64,000 nucleotides of DNA from Utricularia gibba (lineage: Eukaryota; Plantae; Magnoliophyta), in assembly GCA_002189035.1 (NCBI GenBank), contig CM007992.1, positions 558,001-622,000 on the forward strand, read 5' to 3'. Each line of letters opens with the position of its first letter. Within the stretch, counting starts at the first letter, position 1. Shown here piece by piece: positions 12,722 to 28,100 of the stretch. A model generated the notes under the pieces. It was not told where the DNA came from, did no database searches, and saw nothing but the letters and a program-made list of their open reading frames with translations. The position numbers were made by a program, and so were the translations under genes.

Positions 12722-13062
12722 CTGCAATAGCAAGATGAAAACGGTAACGTGCAGTTCAAGTCGAGCATAAAATACCACTTCATCCCACACAACAAGCGTT
12801 CGATCCACCCCATACATTTCAAAAATCCAACATTTGGAATTCAATGATATAGAAACTCTTCCAAAACCATACATAGAACGAATTGCAGCAATAAAGTTAA
12901 AAATGTATCACTATTCACCTAATCCTTCTATTCAAATGGGAGAAGACCTCAAATCACCAGCCACCCCAAATCCCTAAACTGCAATAAGAAGATGAAAATG
13001 GCAATTGTAAGTTCACATCGTGCATAAAATACCACTACATCCCATACAACAAGCGTTCGATC
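12722..13062. repeat. 84-nt direct repeat (12722-12805 and 12979-13062)
   Basis: Ungapped hand alignment gives 70/84 identical positions. Confidence 0.9.
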
Positions 13063-13502
13063 TACACTTTTTATTTGTACAAGAGTGCAACATTTGCATC
13101 CTATGATGGAAAATTATTCCAAAACCTTAAAAAACCGAACTAGCGCGACAGAATCAATTGAAAACTTTTCTTTGAAATATTACAAGAAAAGGTTTTCCAG
13201 GAAGCTGAAAACAACCAAAATGAATGAGCTGTTACTACCGGAGTAATGAGTACTCAGAGAGATGACTGCACCCACCAACCAGCGCTTTCAGCGATCAGTC
13301 GTCCGAAAGTGGCAGCTGTTTTTTTTTAATAAAAAAAATACTGGGCCTCCTTTATTGCTGTTCGTACTGGGCTGGGATCTGGGCCTACTTTTTGATGAGA
13401 CCGAAGCACTTGACAGTTTAGGAGATGCTTATAACTAACCAGTACGTAACCGTAGTTTGAATTCGTTTGGGGTCTTTGAGAAGAACTCCAACTGACATGG
13501 AC

Positions 13503-15530
13503 ATGGCGAGCGCCAGCACTTTTCAGAAAAACACTGCTTCGCGACTCCCTGCCGGTACTTCTATTCTTCATTTTTGTCCGATTGCGCTCTATAGGGATCG
13601 ATTTTCGATGTGAATAATTGTGTTTCTCCCGAGGTGATAATCTCTCGAAATCCGAAGACGTTCCTACTGTCGTTGTAACTAGAGCATCTCAACTCCCTGA
13701 GGAGTTCCTGCATCCTTCTCCGGAAACGCCACTCGTCATCGGCTTCGATTGTGAAGGAGTTGATCTTTGCCGACACGGAGCTCTCTGTATTCTTCAGGTG
13801 TGCTTCTTTTTTTCTTGATTCTTCATCATATACTTTGCTCATGCGCATATTAAGGAATCTTGCATTATTTGAGAAGTTCTTGAATTACACGGAGTTTTTA
13901 GTTGAGAAATTGCTGAGATTCGATGATCGGTGTTTCGAGCAGTTTGCGTTTAAGGATGGAATTTATCTCGTTGATGCCATAGAAGGCGGAGAAGCTCTCG
14001 TTTTGGCCTGTAAACCTGCACTTGAGTCCAATTTCGTAACAAAAGTTATTCATGACTGCAAACGCGATAGCGAGGTATCCTGCGGATGTCCTTGACATGT
14101 ATGAAACTGATTTTTGAATAATCATGCCTTGGGATATCTCGCAGGCATTATATTTTCAGTTTGGCATCAAGCTGAATAACGTTGCGGACACACAGGTCGA
14201 AATGCTCCTTTATATTTTGCTATGAATTGTTTCATCTTCAAGAAATGATTTTGTTATCTGGACCATTTTCTTGCATCCACTTGAACTACTGTGTCATTCC
14301 ATTTCTAATACTTGTCCGCAGATTGGTTATTCACTGATTAAGGAACAAGATGGCCAGGAGCGAAGGTCTGACAACTACGTTTCGTTTGTTACTCTGCTTG
14401 CTGATCCGCTATTTGGGGGTTAGTTGGTATTTTTTTCATTGAATTTTGTTTGGATTGGAGCATTAACGCACATGCCATGATTCATTTAACATTCTCCCAT
14501 AGTTTTCTAGATTTTTTTTTTTTTTGGATTACTTCTCATAGGCATATCATATGATGAGAAGGGAGAAGTTCGTGGCCTCTTGAAGCAGGTCAGCTTCTCA
14601 GAGTTAACATATGCATGATTTTATTGGATGTGTATGTTGTGGCTCACAGAGAATGAGATATGCTGATAGAATTTGTATGAACTTTCTTCCGTTTGCAGGT
14701 CCTCAACTTCTGGAAACATAGGCCTTTAACTGAACAAATGAACAGGACAGCTGCAGATGATGTTCGATTTCTTCTCTTCATCTATGACAAGATAGTGGAG
14801 AATCTTAACGAGAAGTCCTTGTGGTACCTCTCTATGCGTGGTGCTCTGTATTGTCGCTGTTTCTGCATCAATGACAATGACTTCAAAGATTGGCCACCTC
14901 TGCCTCAAGCTCCTGGTATGTTTCGTATTCTATATACCCGTTTTACATAATGTTCGCATAAGCACAACATCATGCCAATCGACTAGCCTATTGTCTTGCC
15001 AAGATTCTCCATGTTGAAATAGGCAGTTTGAGCGTTGCCTTTAAAGTCAAATTTGATACACTGCTGCAGACTGATGACGCATTAGACAATACACACAGAC
15101 TCCCTGCACTCTCTTGCTGATTATGGTTGTTTCATCAATTCAGCCAGTTTGGCCTCCGAGAAGCCCCCTCCAGAACAAGAAATTCTTTCTGTTCTTGATG
15201 TTCCTGAAGGAAAAATGGGATGCATAATTGGAAGGGGCGGATTCAATATCAAGCACGTAAAGCAGTCTTGCCGGTAAAAGCCGTCTTCATATCAGTTATT
15301 TTTCACCCCCCCACCCCCCTGAACTCATCCTATCTTCATGTTTGCAGCGCTGATATAATTCTGGAGGTCAAAAAGGCCCTGCTGATAAGGTCAGCTGACT
15401 TGTCTATGAACTCATGTCCCCTTTCGTGATTCATGGCCCTGTTCTTGGGTTTCAGGTGTTCATCATTGGTCCCGTATATGAAGTGAGGAAAGCTGAAGCC
15501 ATTCTAAGAGGTAAAATGACAATATTCTGA
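13503..15530 (+). CDS. DEDDy-type 3'-5' exonuclease with C-terminal KH domain, multi-exon
   Basis: ExoI VIGFDCEGVDL, ExoII HDCKRDSEAL, ExoIII AADDVRFL and KH GKMGCIIGRGG. Ends VRKAEAILRGKMTIF* (TGA 15528-15530). Resembles Arabidopsis At2g25910 as recalled. Confidence 0.88.
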
Positions 15531-16198
15531 TTCAACTGCACAGGCTGACCCGTTCGTTACTTACTCTCTGGTTGTAGTTAGACAATATATCCATTTCATC
15601 TGCTTGGTTTCCCCATTTGGCTGCTCCATTTCATCTTCAATTTCAACACTTCTTCACAGTTGAAAATATGAAAGTATCGTAGTAGTCAGTAGCAAGTGGT
15701 AGCTTCGAAAGAGAGCTACGAATAAATGCTATTTTTATCATATTTTATTACCACAATAAAAAATCTTTTTTCACTGGGTCAGAACCCGGCCCGAAATGCC
15801 AATTTTGGTACCGGCCACCGGGTCGCAGTTGGGCCTAGTTTTCCTTTTTCACACGTTGGACGGGCCGTGGAATTGAATCAAGCGTATTGGACCTATAAAA
15901 GCAACCTAATTTCTTGGGTCAGTTCTCGCACGCTGGTTCGAGTTCATCTAATTCATTTGTTAATTAGAAAAGGACTTTCAGGAAGTAGACGGGGACACGC
16001 TTTGGTAAAACAGACCTAGCGAGGAGGATCAGGAGGATTTCTCCTTTCCTGTTTGGTGGCCGGGTCGTTGGTATCCATTTTGATCTTGATCCTGTGTTAC
16101 GATCTTATATCAACGCGATTGAATCGCTGTTGTGTTGCAGGATCTGAGGGTCGCTTTTCCCTTTATTATTATTCTTGTCGGCGAGAAAGTGGTCACCG

Positions 16199-17491
16199 AT
16201 GTTGAACAGGTTGTTTGGGAAGCCTAAACAGGAGGCGAATGCTCTCCAAACGCTTGATAAATTAAACGAGGTGTAGTTCTTGATCGTTTTCTTTTTTAAT
16301 CCAGGGTTTATGCGATTTCTGGACCGTGGTTTTATCTATTTTGCGCTTTTCCGGAGTAAAAAAAAAAATCCTTTGAGATGTATTTCTAGGTTTCTTCCTT
16401 TATGTTCTTGATCGTTGCATTTTGTATGAATATTGCAATGTTTGGGTTTTGAGTCGTTGTAGACTCTTGAGATGCTCGAGAAAAAAGAGAAGGTTCTTTT
16501 GAAAAAAGCTGCGGACGAAGTTGAAAGGGCCAAGGAGTTCACTAGAGCTAAAAATAAAACTGGTATGAGGTTTTTTTTGTCAAACTAACAAAAGAGCAAA
16601 GCCTTACTGATTCACTTGCGGTGTATTCATGATGAATTCACTATGTAATTGTATCTAGCTGCAATAAGATGTTTGAAGAGGAAGAAGCTTTACGAGCAAC
16701 AAATTGAACACCTGGGAAACTTCCAGTTACGCATTCATGATCAGGTGCTGTGTGATGTTTTATGCACCCATTCGTATTTTATTGTCTGTGGTATTATTCT
16801 TTATACCTTTTGGCATGCTTCGCATTGGGGTCGTACTTAAATTTTTTTACAGATGATTATGCTGGAGGGTGCAAAAGCTACAACAGAAACAGTTGATGCT
16901 TTGAGAACTGCAGCATCTACAATGAAGGCTATGCAGAAGGCAACGTAAGATTGACTTTTTATGAATTTTCAAGTTATATTTGCATGGTGAAATTGTGAAT
17001 CTCTAGCAATAGTATAGCAAGTATATACGGTTGGAAAATGTGTAAGGTGATAAATGACATTGTGTTAGGGGTTTCACGTTTTTTGAATTATGCCCCTCTT
17101 ATTCTTCACTTCTCACCCTTTTGTAGTAATATCGATGATGTTGACAAGACAATGGATGAGATCAATGAGCAGACCGAAAATATGAAACAAATTACTGAAG
17201 CACTGGCTACACCGATTGGAGCAGCAGCTGATTTTGACGAGGTAGCCCAACATTCCTTAAGTTCTTGTTTGTTTTTTTTGCCTCCAAGGGATACCGTTTC
17301 TCATTCTCCAATTCCAACAGGACGAATTGGAGGCAGAATTAGAAGAACTGGAAGGGGCCGAACTAGAGGAACAGCTTCTGCAACCTGCAACTAAAGCTCC
17401 TTCTGCTCCCATTCGACAACCACCAAAGAAAGAACGTGTGGATGAGCACGAGGATGAGCTTGCGGAATTGCAGAGAGAGATGGCTCTTTAA
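16199..17491 (+). CDS. VPS32: ESCRT-III subunit SNF7/VPS32, multi-exon
   Basis: MLNRLFGKPKQEANALQTLDKLNE / TLEMLEKKE / AAIRCLKRKKLYEQQIEHLGNFQLRIHDQ / NIDDVDKTMDEINEQTENMKQI / EDELAELQREMAL*. Confidence 0.92.
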
Positions 17492-18102
17492 GGTCGGTCC
17501 CAGAGATCCTATAAGGTCTTCAATACTGCCAACTTTTATATATCTGTTTTTTTCTGTATAGATCCGCATTCAATCTTTCTCACCAACTGTGAAACCGCCT
17601 TCGCTATGCAACAGAATACGGAGAATAAGCTGCTGTGGATGATCCCTTCTTCTTGTATAGCCCGACATCAACAACTTGATTATGCTTGGATTGGTAAGAA
17701 GAGTGCATGCTTTGTCGTTCGTTGTTATATGCATTATTATTATTGTGAGTATATCTGTCTCTGACCTTTGTGCAAATCAAATACATGATGTGTGTTCAAA
17801 CTGGAATGCCTCTTATTTTCACATTCTTCCCTCGACAGTTTTGTACATGTTTAGGATGTTTCCCAGACAACTACACCCGACCCAAACCATGCCATTCGAG
17901 CACACAAAGCTTGATTGGTGAACCAGAAGCTAGAGATGCATCACACCATTTGCATTGTTACAAGCATACGAAAATGAATCCGAATCCGAAGCTCGATGGA
18001 TCACTGCCCAGGTAGCTAAAACTGTGAACTGTGGGCACAGAGCCCGCCTCTCTACCGATTCTAATGCCATGGGGTAGGAAGCACACTAGAAGCTCTGATA
18101 CT

Positions 18103-18774
18103 TCACTTGTACTCAAACGATGGTGGAGTTGGAGAATCATAGCTCTCCAAAACCCTGGTTTTGCTCCCATCACCATCATCATCACCTTTCTCCTTGGCAC
18201 CACCGAAGAAGCCTCCAAACCAAGAGGATGGAGGCGAGGAAGCAGGCTTGCCGGTTTCAGCGTCCGCTGGAGGCTGACCAGGAAGCTGTGCCATTCCGTA
18301 TCCAGCAGGAGGGTTGCCCCCGCCAGGCAAAGAGTCTTCCATGAGAATCTGGGGTGGCTGGCTTAGAAGTTTGTTGAACATGATGCCAGCCCCCTCAATC
18401 AGCGCCAGCAGCACGCCACCAGCCAGTGCGGACCCAGAAGCCGCTCGCAGCCCCTGACGCATCTGAAGAAAGCCTCCCGTCGCCGCGCCGGCGATGATGG
18501 AGTTCCAGGGATCCTCTTTCTGGCGCAAATAGACCATCCCGCAGTCGAAGGTTGAAAAAAGCCCACCCCAGATGGCGAAACTGCCACCCACACGAGGCGC
18601 ATTCATTCCAACGGCTTGGTAGCCTCCGAGGAGACGCTCGCCTTTAGGGGAATTGTAGGCGCCCTTCAGGAAGTGAAACGCGCCGCCACCAACCGCACCC
18701 ATGCCGAAGGCTCCCCCAAGATCATCGAGGATTCTGTCCGGGCACGGCTCTCGAGATGTCTCGGGGGTACCCAT
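18103..18774 (-). CDS. TIM17-2: Mitochondrial import inner membrane translocase subunit TIM17-2 with C-terminal extension
   Basis: MGTPETSREPCPDRILDDLGGAFGMGAVGG..RQKEDPWNSIIAGAATGG; Pro/Gly-rich tail ending PTPPSFEYK. Intronless CDS of 223 aa. Confidence 0.95.
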   Translation of the reverse strand: MGTPETSREPCPDRILDDLGGAFGMGAVGGGAFHFLKGAYNSPKGERLLGGYQAVGMNAPRVGGSFAIWGGLFSTFDCGMVYLRQKEDPWNSIIAGAATGGFLQMRQGLRAASGSALAGGVLLALIEGAGIMFNKLLSQPPQILMEDSLPGGGNPPAGYGMAQLPGQPPADAETGKPASSPPSSWFGGFFGGAKEKGDDDGDGSKTRVLESYDSPTPPSFEYK

Positions 18775-19384
18775 GGAGCAATACTAAGAGAAAGTCCCAG
18801 TGCCTGACAGGAAGGAGACAGCAATACAAAGAAATTAGCTTCCTCCAGCGCTCGTTCGTTCCCCACAGTCAATAAGAAAGAAGACGCGCTACATCACCGA
18901 CTTACGCCGACAAAAAAATTGGAATTAGCAGAAGAGTAGCAGGGACTAACAGTCGATAGAACGCCCAGTCCCTGTCCGAAGAAACTCCTAGAACGCCAGC
19001 TTCAGATCATACTCACACAGCAGAGAATTCGACTGCTTCAGATGCCTCTTCGCACCGTTCCTGTTTGTATGACGTCTTGGACCAGTGGGGGAAATGAAAC
19101 CCTATACGCCTTTTCTGTTCTGTAATTTGGGCAGAAACTTGGGCCAAGCTCTTATTCACTTCCAAGGCCCGGATTCGGGAACCATTCAGCCCAACAAGGT
19201 GCCGTACACAATTGCTCGTCTTTGAGACAAAAAAGAGTTACTACGAGTGAAAAAAAGGTGAGCCTATAATTGGCGCAGTAAATTCTTTTCCCCAAGTAAT
19301 ATAATTTTGACTTGTGCAAAGGTATGGGATGTCTTCTCCCATCGTCTGGACTCGGGACCTCGGCGAGAGAAGGAGCGACCGATT

Positions 19385-20692
19385 ATGGATCCTCCTTCTT
19401 GGGATTCTCTGCGTAAACAGGTTATTGATAAGCTTTCTTCGCGGCTTGATTTGCGCGATCCGCTATCGATTCCTTCTGAAAACCGGAAAAATAGTGTGCT
19501 TGTCTCGAGTTACCGGCATCGTCTCGAGTTTTGTCTTCTTCGTCTTCAAGCTCTTTGACGGAAATCAGCGTGGCGGGAATGAGAATTCCCCTTGCTGTGT
19601 ACTTATTAGTGAATTGCCATCGATTCATCTTGTTGAGAATGCTTTGATCCTCGGATGTGATGTTTACGCTGCGGTGAATTGATGATGCATCGTCTTCTTG
19701 TTGGTTTGGATTTGAAATGACATTCATTTGTTCGTTTGCTAGGCAAGGAAGCTTGAAGCGCAGCTTGATGAGCAAATACACATGTATCGTAAGGCTGCAA
19801 CAAGCAAAGCCGATCTTTCAAATGACAAAGACGTGGAGTCAGGAATAGATCAGCTCTTGAAGCAGCTACAGCACGTAAATGTGCAAATGCACGCTTGGGC
19901 TTCATCTGGAGGTTCCGAAACTTTTTCTCATACACTGACTCGGCATCAAGAGATTCTAAGGGATCTAAATCAGGTATCTGATGGTGGATCCGAAGGAACT
20001 GTTTCCGTTCACTTGATGATGCCACCAGGTGCAAGTTGAAAGACCTAACCATCTTATAACTGTTTTTGCAGGAGTTTGACTGGATCCGATCTAGCTACAG
20101 AACTAAGAAAGAGCATGCTTTGCTGCTGGAGGATTTCAGGGAGTTTGATAGAAGTAGATTAGACCTTGAAGATGGTAGTGGTTCCTATGAGCAAGCTCTT
20201 CTCAAGGAGCGGGCTTCTCTTCATCGAAGCTCCGGCCAGGTAATCAGATACTCTGTTGCTACTGCTGGTAACTGGCACAATGTAGGCCACCATAAGGCAG
20301 CATGCAATGAAGACTTCGGGTTTCTGTTGGTAGATTCCTTCCTTTATATTTTGCTACAGTCCATTGTTAAATGTTGCAGATAGACTCTGTGATATCGCAA
20401 GCACAGGAGACCCTGAGTACCCTTGTGTTCCAGAGATCCACTTTTGGAGGGATTAGTTCCAAGGTTGGCAACATCAGCAGTCGTCTTCCAAATGTAAGGG
20501 AATCGGGTTTGTTAGATCCTGTAATAGTGGTATCATAATGCATCAACACACACTAATCTTTTACCTCATGGTGCACAGATCAACCAGATACTCTCCTCAA
20601 TAAAGAAGAAGAAGTCAATGGACACGCTCGTTCTCTCGTTAGTCGCATCTGTCTGTGTTTGCTTGATATTAATTTACTGGTGGAACAAGTAA
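19385..20692 (+). CDS. GOS11: Golgi SNARE GOS11, 5 exons
   Basis: MDPPSWDSLRKQ / ARKLEAQLDEQIHMYR..SHTLTRHQEILRDL / EHALLLEDFREFDRSRLDLEDG / QRSTFGGISSK / KKKKSMDTLVLSLVASVCVCLILIYWWNK*. All junctions GT-AG. Confidence 0.93.
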
Positions 20693-20976
20693 GGCTTGTA
20701 ATCCCCTCCACAAGGCTCATCTTCTTGTATTCTTTGCACCAATACCTGTATTTGCTTATGAATATTTCTGCCACTATGAAGTTGATCATAAAATCCCATG
20801 AGCATCTCCTTTGTCGATGAATGGATACAGTTTATATCCCAATGAACTTCGCATTTGAAAGCAGTTAATTTGACTGGTTTCCAGTAACAGTTTCAGTTTG
20901 TAGCAGCAACCAATATCCAGCTTGTTCATTGTAAGGCTGGAATCGAAATACCGGAAGGGGTCTACCTTGACAGATC

Positions 20977-22015
20977 CTATCTGCTTACTAACTCGTGGGT
21001 CTTCTCTAACCATTTTATAAGCTCTATCTTGTCCTTGTTCATCATGTATGAATGCAGGAACTTGGATAGTTCAGCGTTCAGCCCTCTTCTGTTTAGGAAC
21101 ATGGAGAATTCCCGTTGGAGCTCATTCCTCAAACCCCTGCGAGCAACAGCAGAGAATTAGGTCCCGATTTGAATCAGGTACCGAACTCATTCATGTACAT
21201 ATCTTTGATCCCCTGATGCATATTACCTTCTCGATTTGCAAATGAAAGAAGGAACCAAATGCAGTGATTGATAAAGTGAAACTGGAATTACCTGAAGTGA
21301 GGTCCGATGTAGAGTTGAGGTTGAGATTTGCCAGGCGTATGTGTGTAAACTCTCTGAATTTCCAAAGAATCAGGCCATGCTGAGCAGAGGAATCCTAGGC
21401 ATTCAGATCTCTCTTCTTTGTGCACATCAATGAGCACGCTAAGGTGAAGACGAATATCTTCGGAATCACCAACGACAGGGCGTTGAGGTGCCACAACGAA
21501 ATCGTCAAACATGAAGGCCTCAATCGTAATAGTTTCGGCATCGGCCGATTCGCTCTTCATCGTAATCCACTTCTCACCCGGCCGATCTTCGACAACGTAT
21601 CTACCATACTTTGTGCCCGGCTACAAAGAAGGTCTAATTGTCAAGGAAAATTTGGAAATCTTGCTTTACAAGCGCAACTTGCCTGAGTCCATCAGGACTA
21701 TCTGCTGTGGCATTCACAGCATCTATGCAAAATGGATGCGATTCATCTATAGCCGCGCCGTCGTCGACGGTGAATTGGAAAGAGATAAGACTGAGAAAGC
21801 GAACGAGTCGAGTGAGACGTAAATCATTTTGCAGGTACCTGATACGGAGGAGCGTAATCCCGCAGGTATTGAATCTCTTTTCCGAGGATCCTCAGTATAT
21901 TCGATTCCAATGGCCGGGAAACAGACCGAGAGTAGCGGTCGACCGACGCGCTGTAGCGGGCGGCGCGTAGAAAACTAGTGGATTTCGTGGAGAGGCGTCG
22001 CAGAACCCCGCTCAT
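20977..22015 (-). CDS. Mitochondrial glycoprotein (MAM33/p32) family protein, 3 exons
   Basis: Arg/Ser-rich presequence-like N-terminus; VEDRPGEKWIT; FLCSAWPDSLEI..YIGPHF; last exon ..RGLNAELSKFLHSYMMNKDKIELIKWL, TAG at 20977-20979. Confidence 0.88.
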
Positions 22016-22367
22016 CCTTCGCTGGGTGCTACCTGTGCAAGGTGTGTGCCGTTTGCTTGTAGGGTTTTATGGATTCCGATCGTACTTTTAGAAAATATTT
22101 TTTTAATAAAAATATACTAATGGATGTGGTAGTTGGTCTGATGCATTCTGGCAAGGGAAGAAGACGACAAAAATGCTCCTTGTCAAATATGATTTGGCAA
22201 ACGCATTGCAAGCGCTACTCGCCACGCCATTCAACCCACAGGTCTCATCTGTTTTCCTTATTCTATCTGATTTCCTCCGCTACATCTCAGGTTCTTCAGG
22301 TCTCTGGGGTACTTACTCACTTCGTTGTTTTGATTATTTGGCTGTTCATTTGTTGATAGAATCGGAG

Positions 22368-24780
<2,413 letters not shown>

Positions 24781-25112
24781 CAATCGTGTTTAAAAATCCG
24801 GCGAGAATAATCATTGAATGATTTCAGATCACAAATCATTCATGCCTACCAGTTTAAAGTTTTTTTTGTTTTTACCACATTGTAACCACACTGACAAAAT
24901 CCAGATGGTGTTTAATTCTGTCTTGAAAATGTACACAAACTCTGACCTTCCTCATCGCCTGCCTACAGATTAGCATCTCCTGAAACATCATAAAAAAAAT
25001 GTACCTCAAGAATCCCCCACAACTCAAAATATTGAAGAGACTGATGCTACTACTCATATGACAGCATATGAATGGGCGGGGCAGAGTAACTGAGCCAGCC
25101 TACTACTCATTC

Positions 25113-28100
25113 TCATCTCCTCCGTTTCTTGGAGCTCTTACCCTCTGGTGTAGTAGTAGTAGCAGCATCTTTGTTTTTTCCCTTCGCCTTATCCGATGAT
25201 CGTTCCGAATCCGCCTTCGCGGTAGCATTTTCCTTTGCTTTTGAAGTAGGAGAGCTGGTTATTTTGCCACTAGAGCCCACTGCCTTGCGTTTTCGCCCCT
25301 GGTTTCAGTTTTGATGGTGTCTTTTTTCTGGTGGGTCGGGGTTTTCGGAGAATCATCGTTGGATCTACTGGAGGCGTTGGCAGAACCACCTTCTGATTTT
25401 CCAACTTGTTTCTGAGAACCGTCTTCGGAGTTTCTGGCATCAGAAGATCTCTTACCAGATTTTGATTTGGTGGGTTTTGGATCAGAGGGTGTGTCCGGAG
25501 CTGGAGATCCTTTAGCTTCACTGAAAAATGGACACCCTGTGAGATCATCCAATTAAAATAACGAGCATACGTCTGATAACTACATAAACGAAGAAGAGCT
25601 CACCTTGTTGGCTTGCCGGATGTATCTGAAGTTGTCTTTTTCCTCTTACTTCGCCTGGAATTTCACAAAAAAAAAAAAAAAAATAACACTAATCAGTGAG
25701 ACTGGGAAAAAAGCAGTCTTCTTCCCTCGTTTTACAGTCGGCTACCAAATACAACAGCTTAGCACTGTAAAAACTGAGTATCATAACCCAATTTGTCTTT
25801 TTTACGGCTTCTATATACTTCCAGGAGTTGCATGGTAAATGCTTCGAATTCAGTGAAAGAACACATGTAAGAAAAAGATGGAAACTTACGTGTCCGAAAT
25901 GTTGTGATTCGAATCTTCATCATCCTGGTCTCGACCACATTATTGTTAGTAGCAATACCCAGATATTAAAAAGTGTCAAACAGCAAAAGTAACCAACGCA
26001 CGCACCTCGCTGGAAACACCCTCGTCCTTCACATATTCCCACTTCTGTTTGTGGAGATTCAGTACCTCCATATCCCCATCAGTATACAAGACCTTCCAGG
26101 TATATTTATATGATCAACTTGAAACAACGGTTTGCATGCACAATGTCAAAGTAGCCCAAGGTGCAGAAGTATACTGACCTTATGCCTCTTCTTGGCTGAA
26201 TCAAAAGATGCAACCACACCTTCATAAAACCTAGGGAGAATGAGGTATCAAGTGCCAAAAGTCAATTTGATGATGAGAAGATTTTTAAACTTTATCAGAC
26301 TGAAGAATACTTACATTTGATCTTTTGGCCACCAAACCTTAATTTTTGAACCAATGAGATCATCCCCATACTCGTTGGGTTTTGAATCCTGTAAAGAGAT
26401 ATCTGGATGTACTAAATATAGACTTCAATTTTAGGCACACATTCATCCACACCACATGAATTCCAAAACAAACATCAGTTTTCATTTATTCATCTCCAGC
26501 CCTTACTTGGCAGACAGAGAATCTCAGCTCATACACACAAGATGGAAAATTCAGTAGTGAACATACATTGTTAATGCGCAGTAATGAGATGTAACATTAA
26601 ACATTGAAAGAAGAAAAGGAGGGTCAAATCACTTACTTTATCTATTTCTGCAATTTTCTTTCCTGTGCTGCTTGTTCTTGGAGTTCTTTCATTGCTAACT
26701 TCTTCTTTTTTCAACTTAGGAAGTGAAGGTGGGGCACTCTTCTCCTACACCAGAAAAAATAAAATAACATAAGAACAAAATAACACGTGAAAAATGCTAT
26801 GATCAGTTTGCAATTAAATAAGAACTACCTTCCCATGAACTTCAGTTGTTGGTATTTTCCTAGGTCTTCCTCTTCCACGCTTCTGGACAACTGGTTCTGA
26901 TGCAATGCCACTTGAAGTGCTAACACAAGCCGTTTGGGCCTTTGCACTAGAAACCCCAATTTTCCGATCAGCCGATGTTGCTCCAGAGTTGCTTGCACTT
27001 TCATCATCACTCTTGTGTGGACCATCAATGGCAAAAGCTTCATGCTTGTCACTGACCTCACCAACTTGCTTTCTCTGAGAGCTTTTATTCTGCTTTGCTT
27101 CCGACAGATTATCTCCTTCGGATGCCTTCTGAAAACATGTATCATCAGATGTTGGGTTCTTCGCCAAATTGGGTTCATCTGCGGTGCTACCTCGAGTAGG
27201 AGATGTTGCATCTGCCGCTTCATTTTCAGATGCTTGTGAAGCTGGAATCGTAATACTATCTTTCACTGTCGCAGCCAGTTTCCCTTCTTCCGATGATTTC
27301 TCTTTAGTAGGAACAGTAACAGAATCAGATGGAAGTTCATGGCCATCTGGTGTCTTTTCAGCTTTTGCACACTCCAACTTACCATCTGATTCCCCCAGAC
27401 CTTCAGGATCCAAATTGCCCTCACTTTTATGCGTTGATATGCCATCATGTGGTTGATTTGAAATAGCTACTTCCGCCCCAGTTTCATTGGAAAAATTACA
27501 AGCATTTGACCTTGGAGCTCTCTCAGCAGTGGGATTTTTATTTTGATGATTGGATCCAGCATCCTCCTGCCGAGTTTATAAACTAAAATGTAAGAGAGTA
27601 GCCTGAGTTTCAAAAAATGTCAGCCAGCAGCACCATGGTGTAAGTTGATACCCAAATAAAGTAAAAATTACAAATGAAAATATCATGGCCATTAAAGATA
27701 CAGAAAATGAAACCACATTTCCAAAATTGCATGGCCAAGCTATCCAAAAAAGGGGTAAAACAGAAGCATACAGTTTGATCCTTTATGATGCTTTCATTAC
27801 TATATTCCACCGCAAAAGGGTTTTCGCTGCACACCAAAGCTACAGCTTCATTGTAATCTTCCAAGGAAGAATTTAATGACTTCACAGCTTCTGCCAAGTA
27901 CGGTCTAAGCTTGTTTGAAGAGTTTCGGATAACCCTCTCAGCTAATTTCTTTGATGTTGGATTAACCTGTCATTACGTACAGTTAAGCATAAAAACTAGT
28001 ATAGAATAGCGCACAAGCTCCACGGAACTAACCTCATTGTCTCTCCTTGCATTAGACAAAATTAGCTTGACTAAATCAGCAGAAATTTCTTCGCTTTCCT

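Noticed and set aside
25259-25552. ORF-track stop at WALVAK* as the true PDS5-like terminus
   Set aside because: The shifted frame continues with family-typical composition to KKRRR*, so a 1-nt deletion is the simpler explanation.
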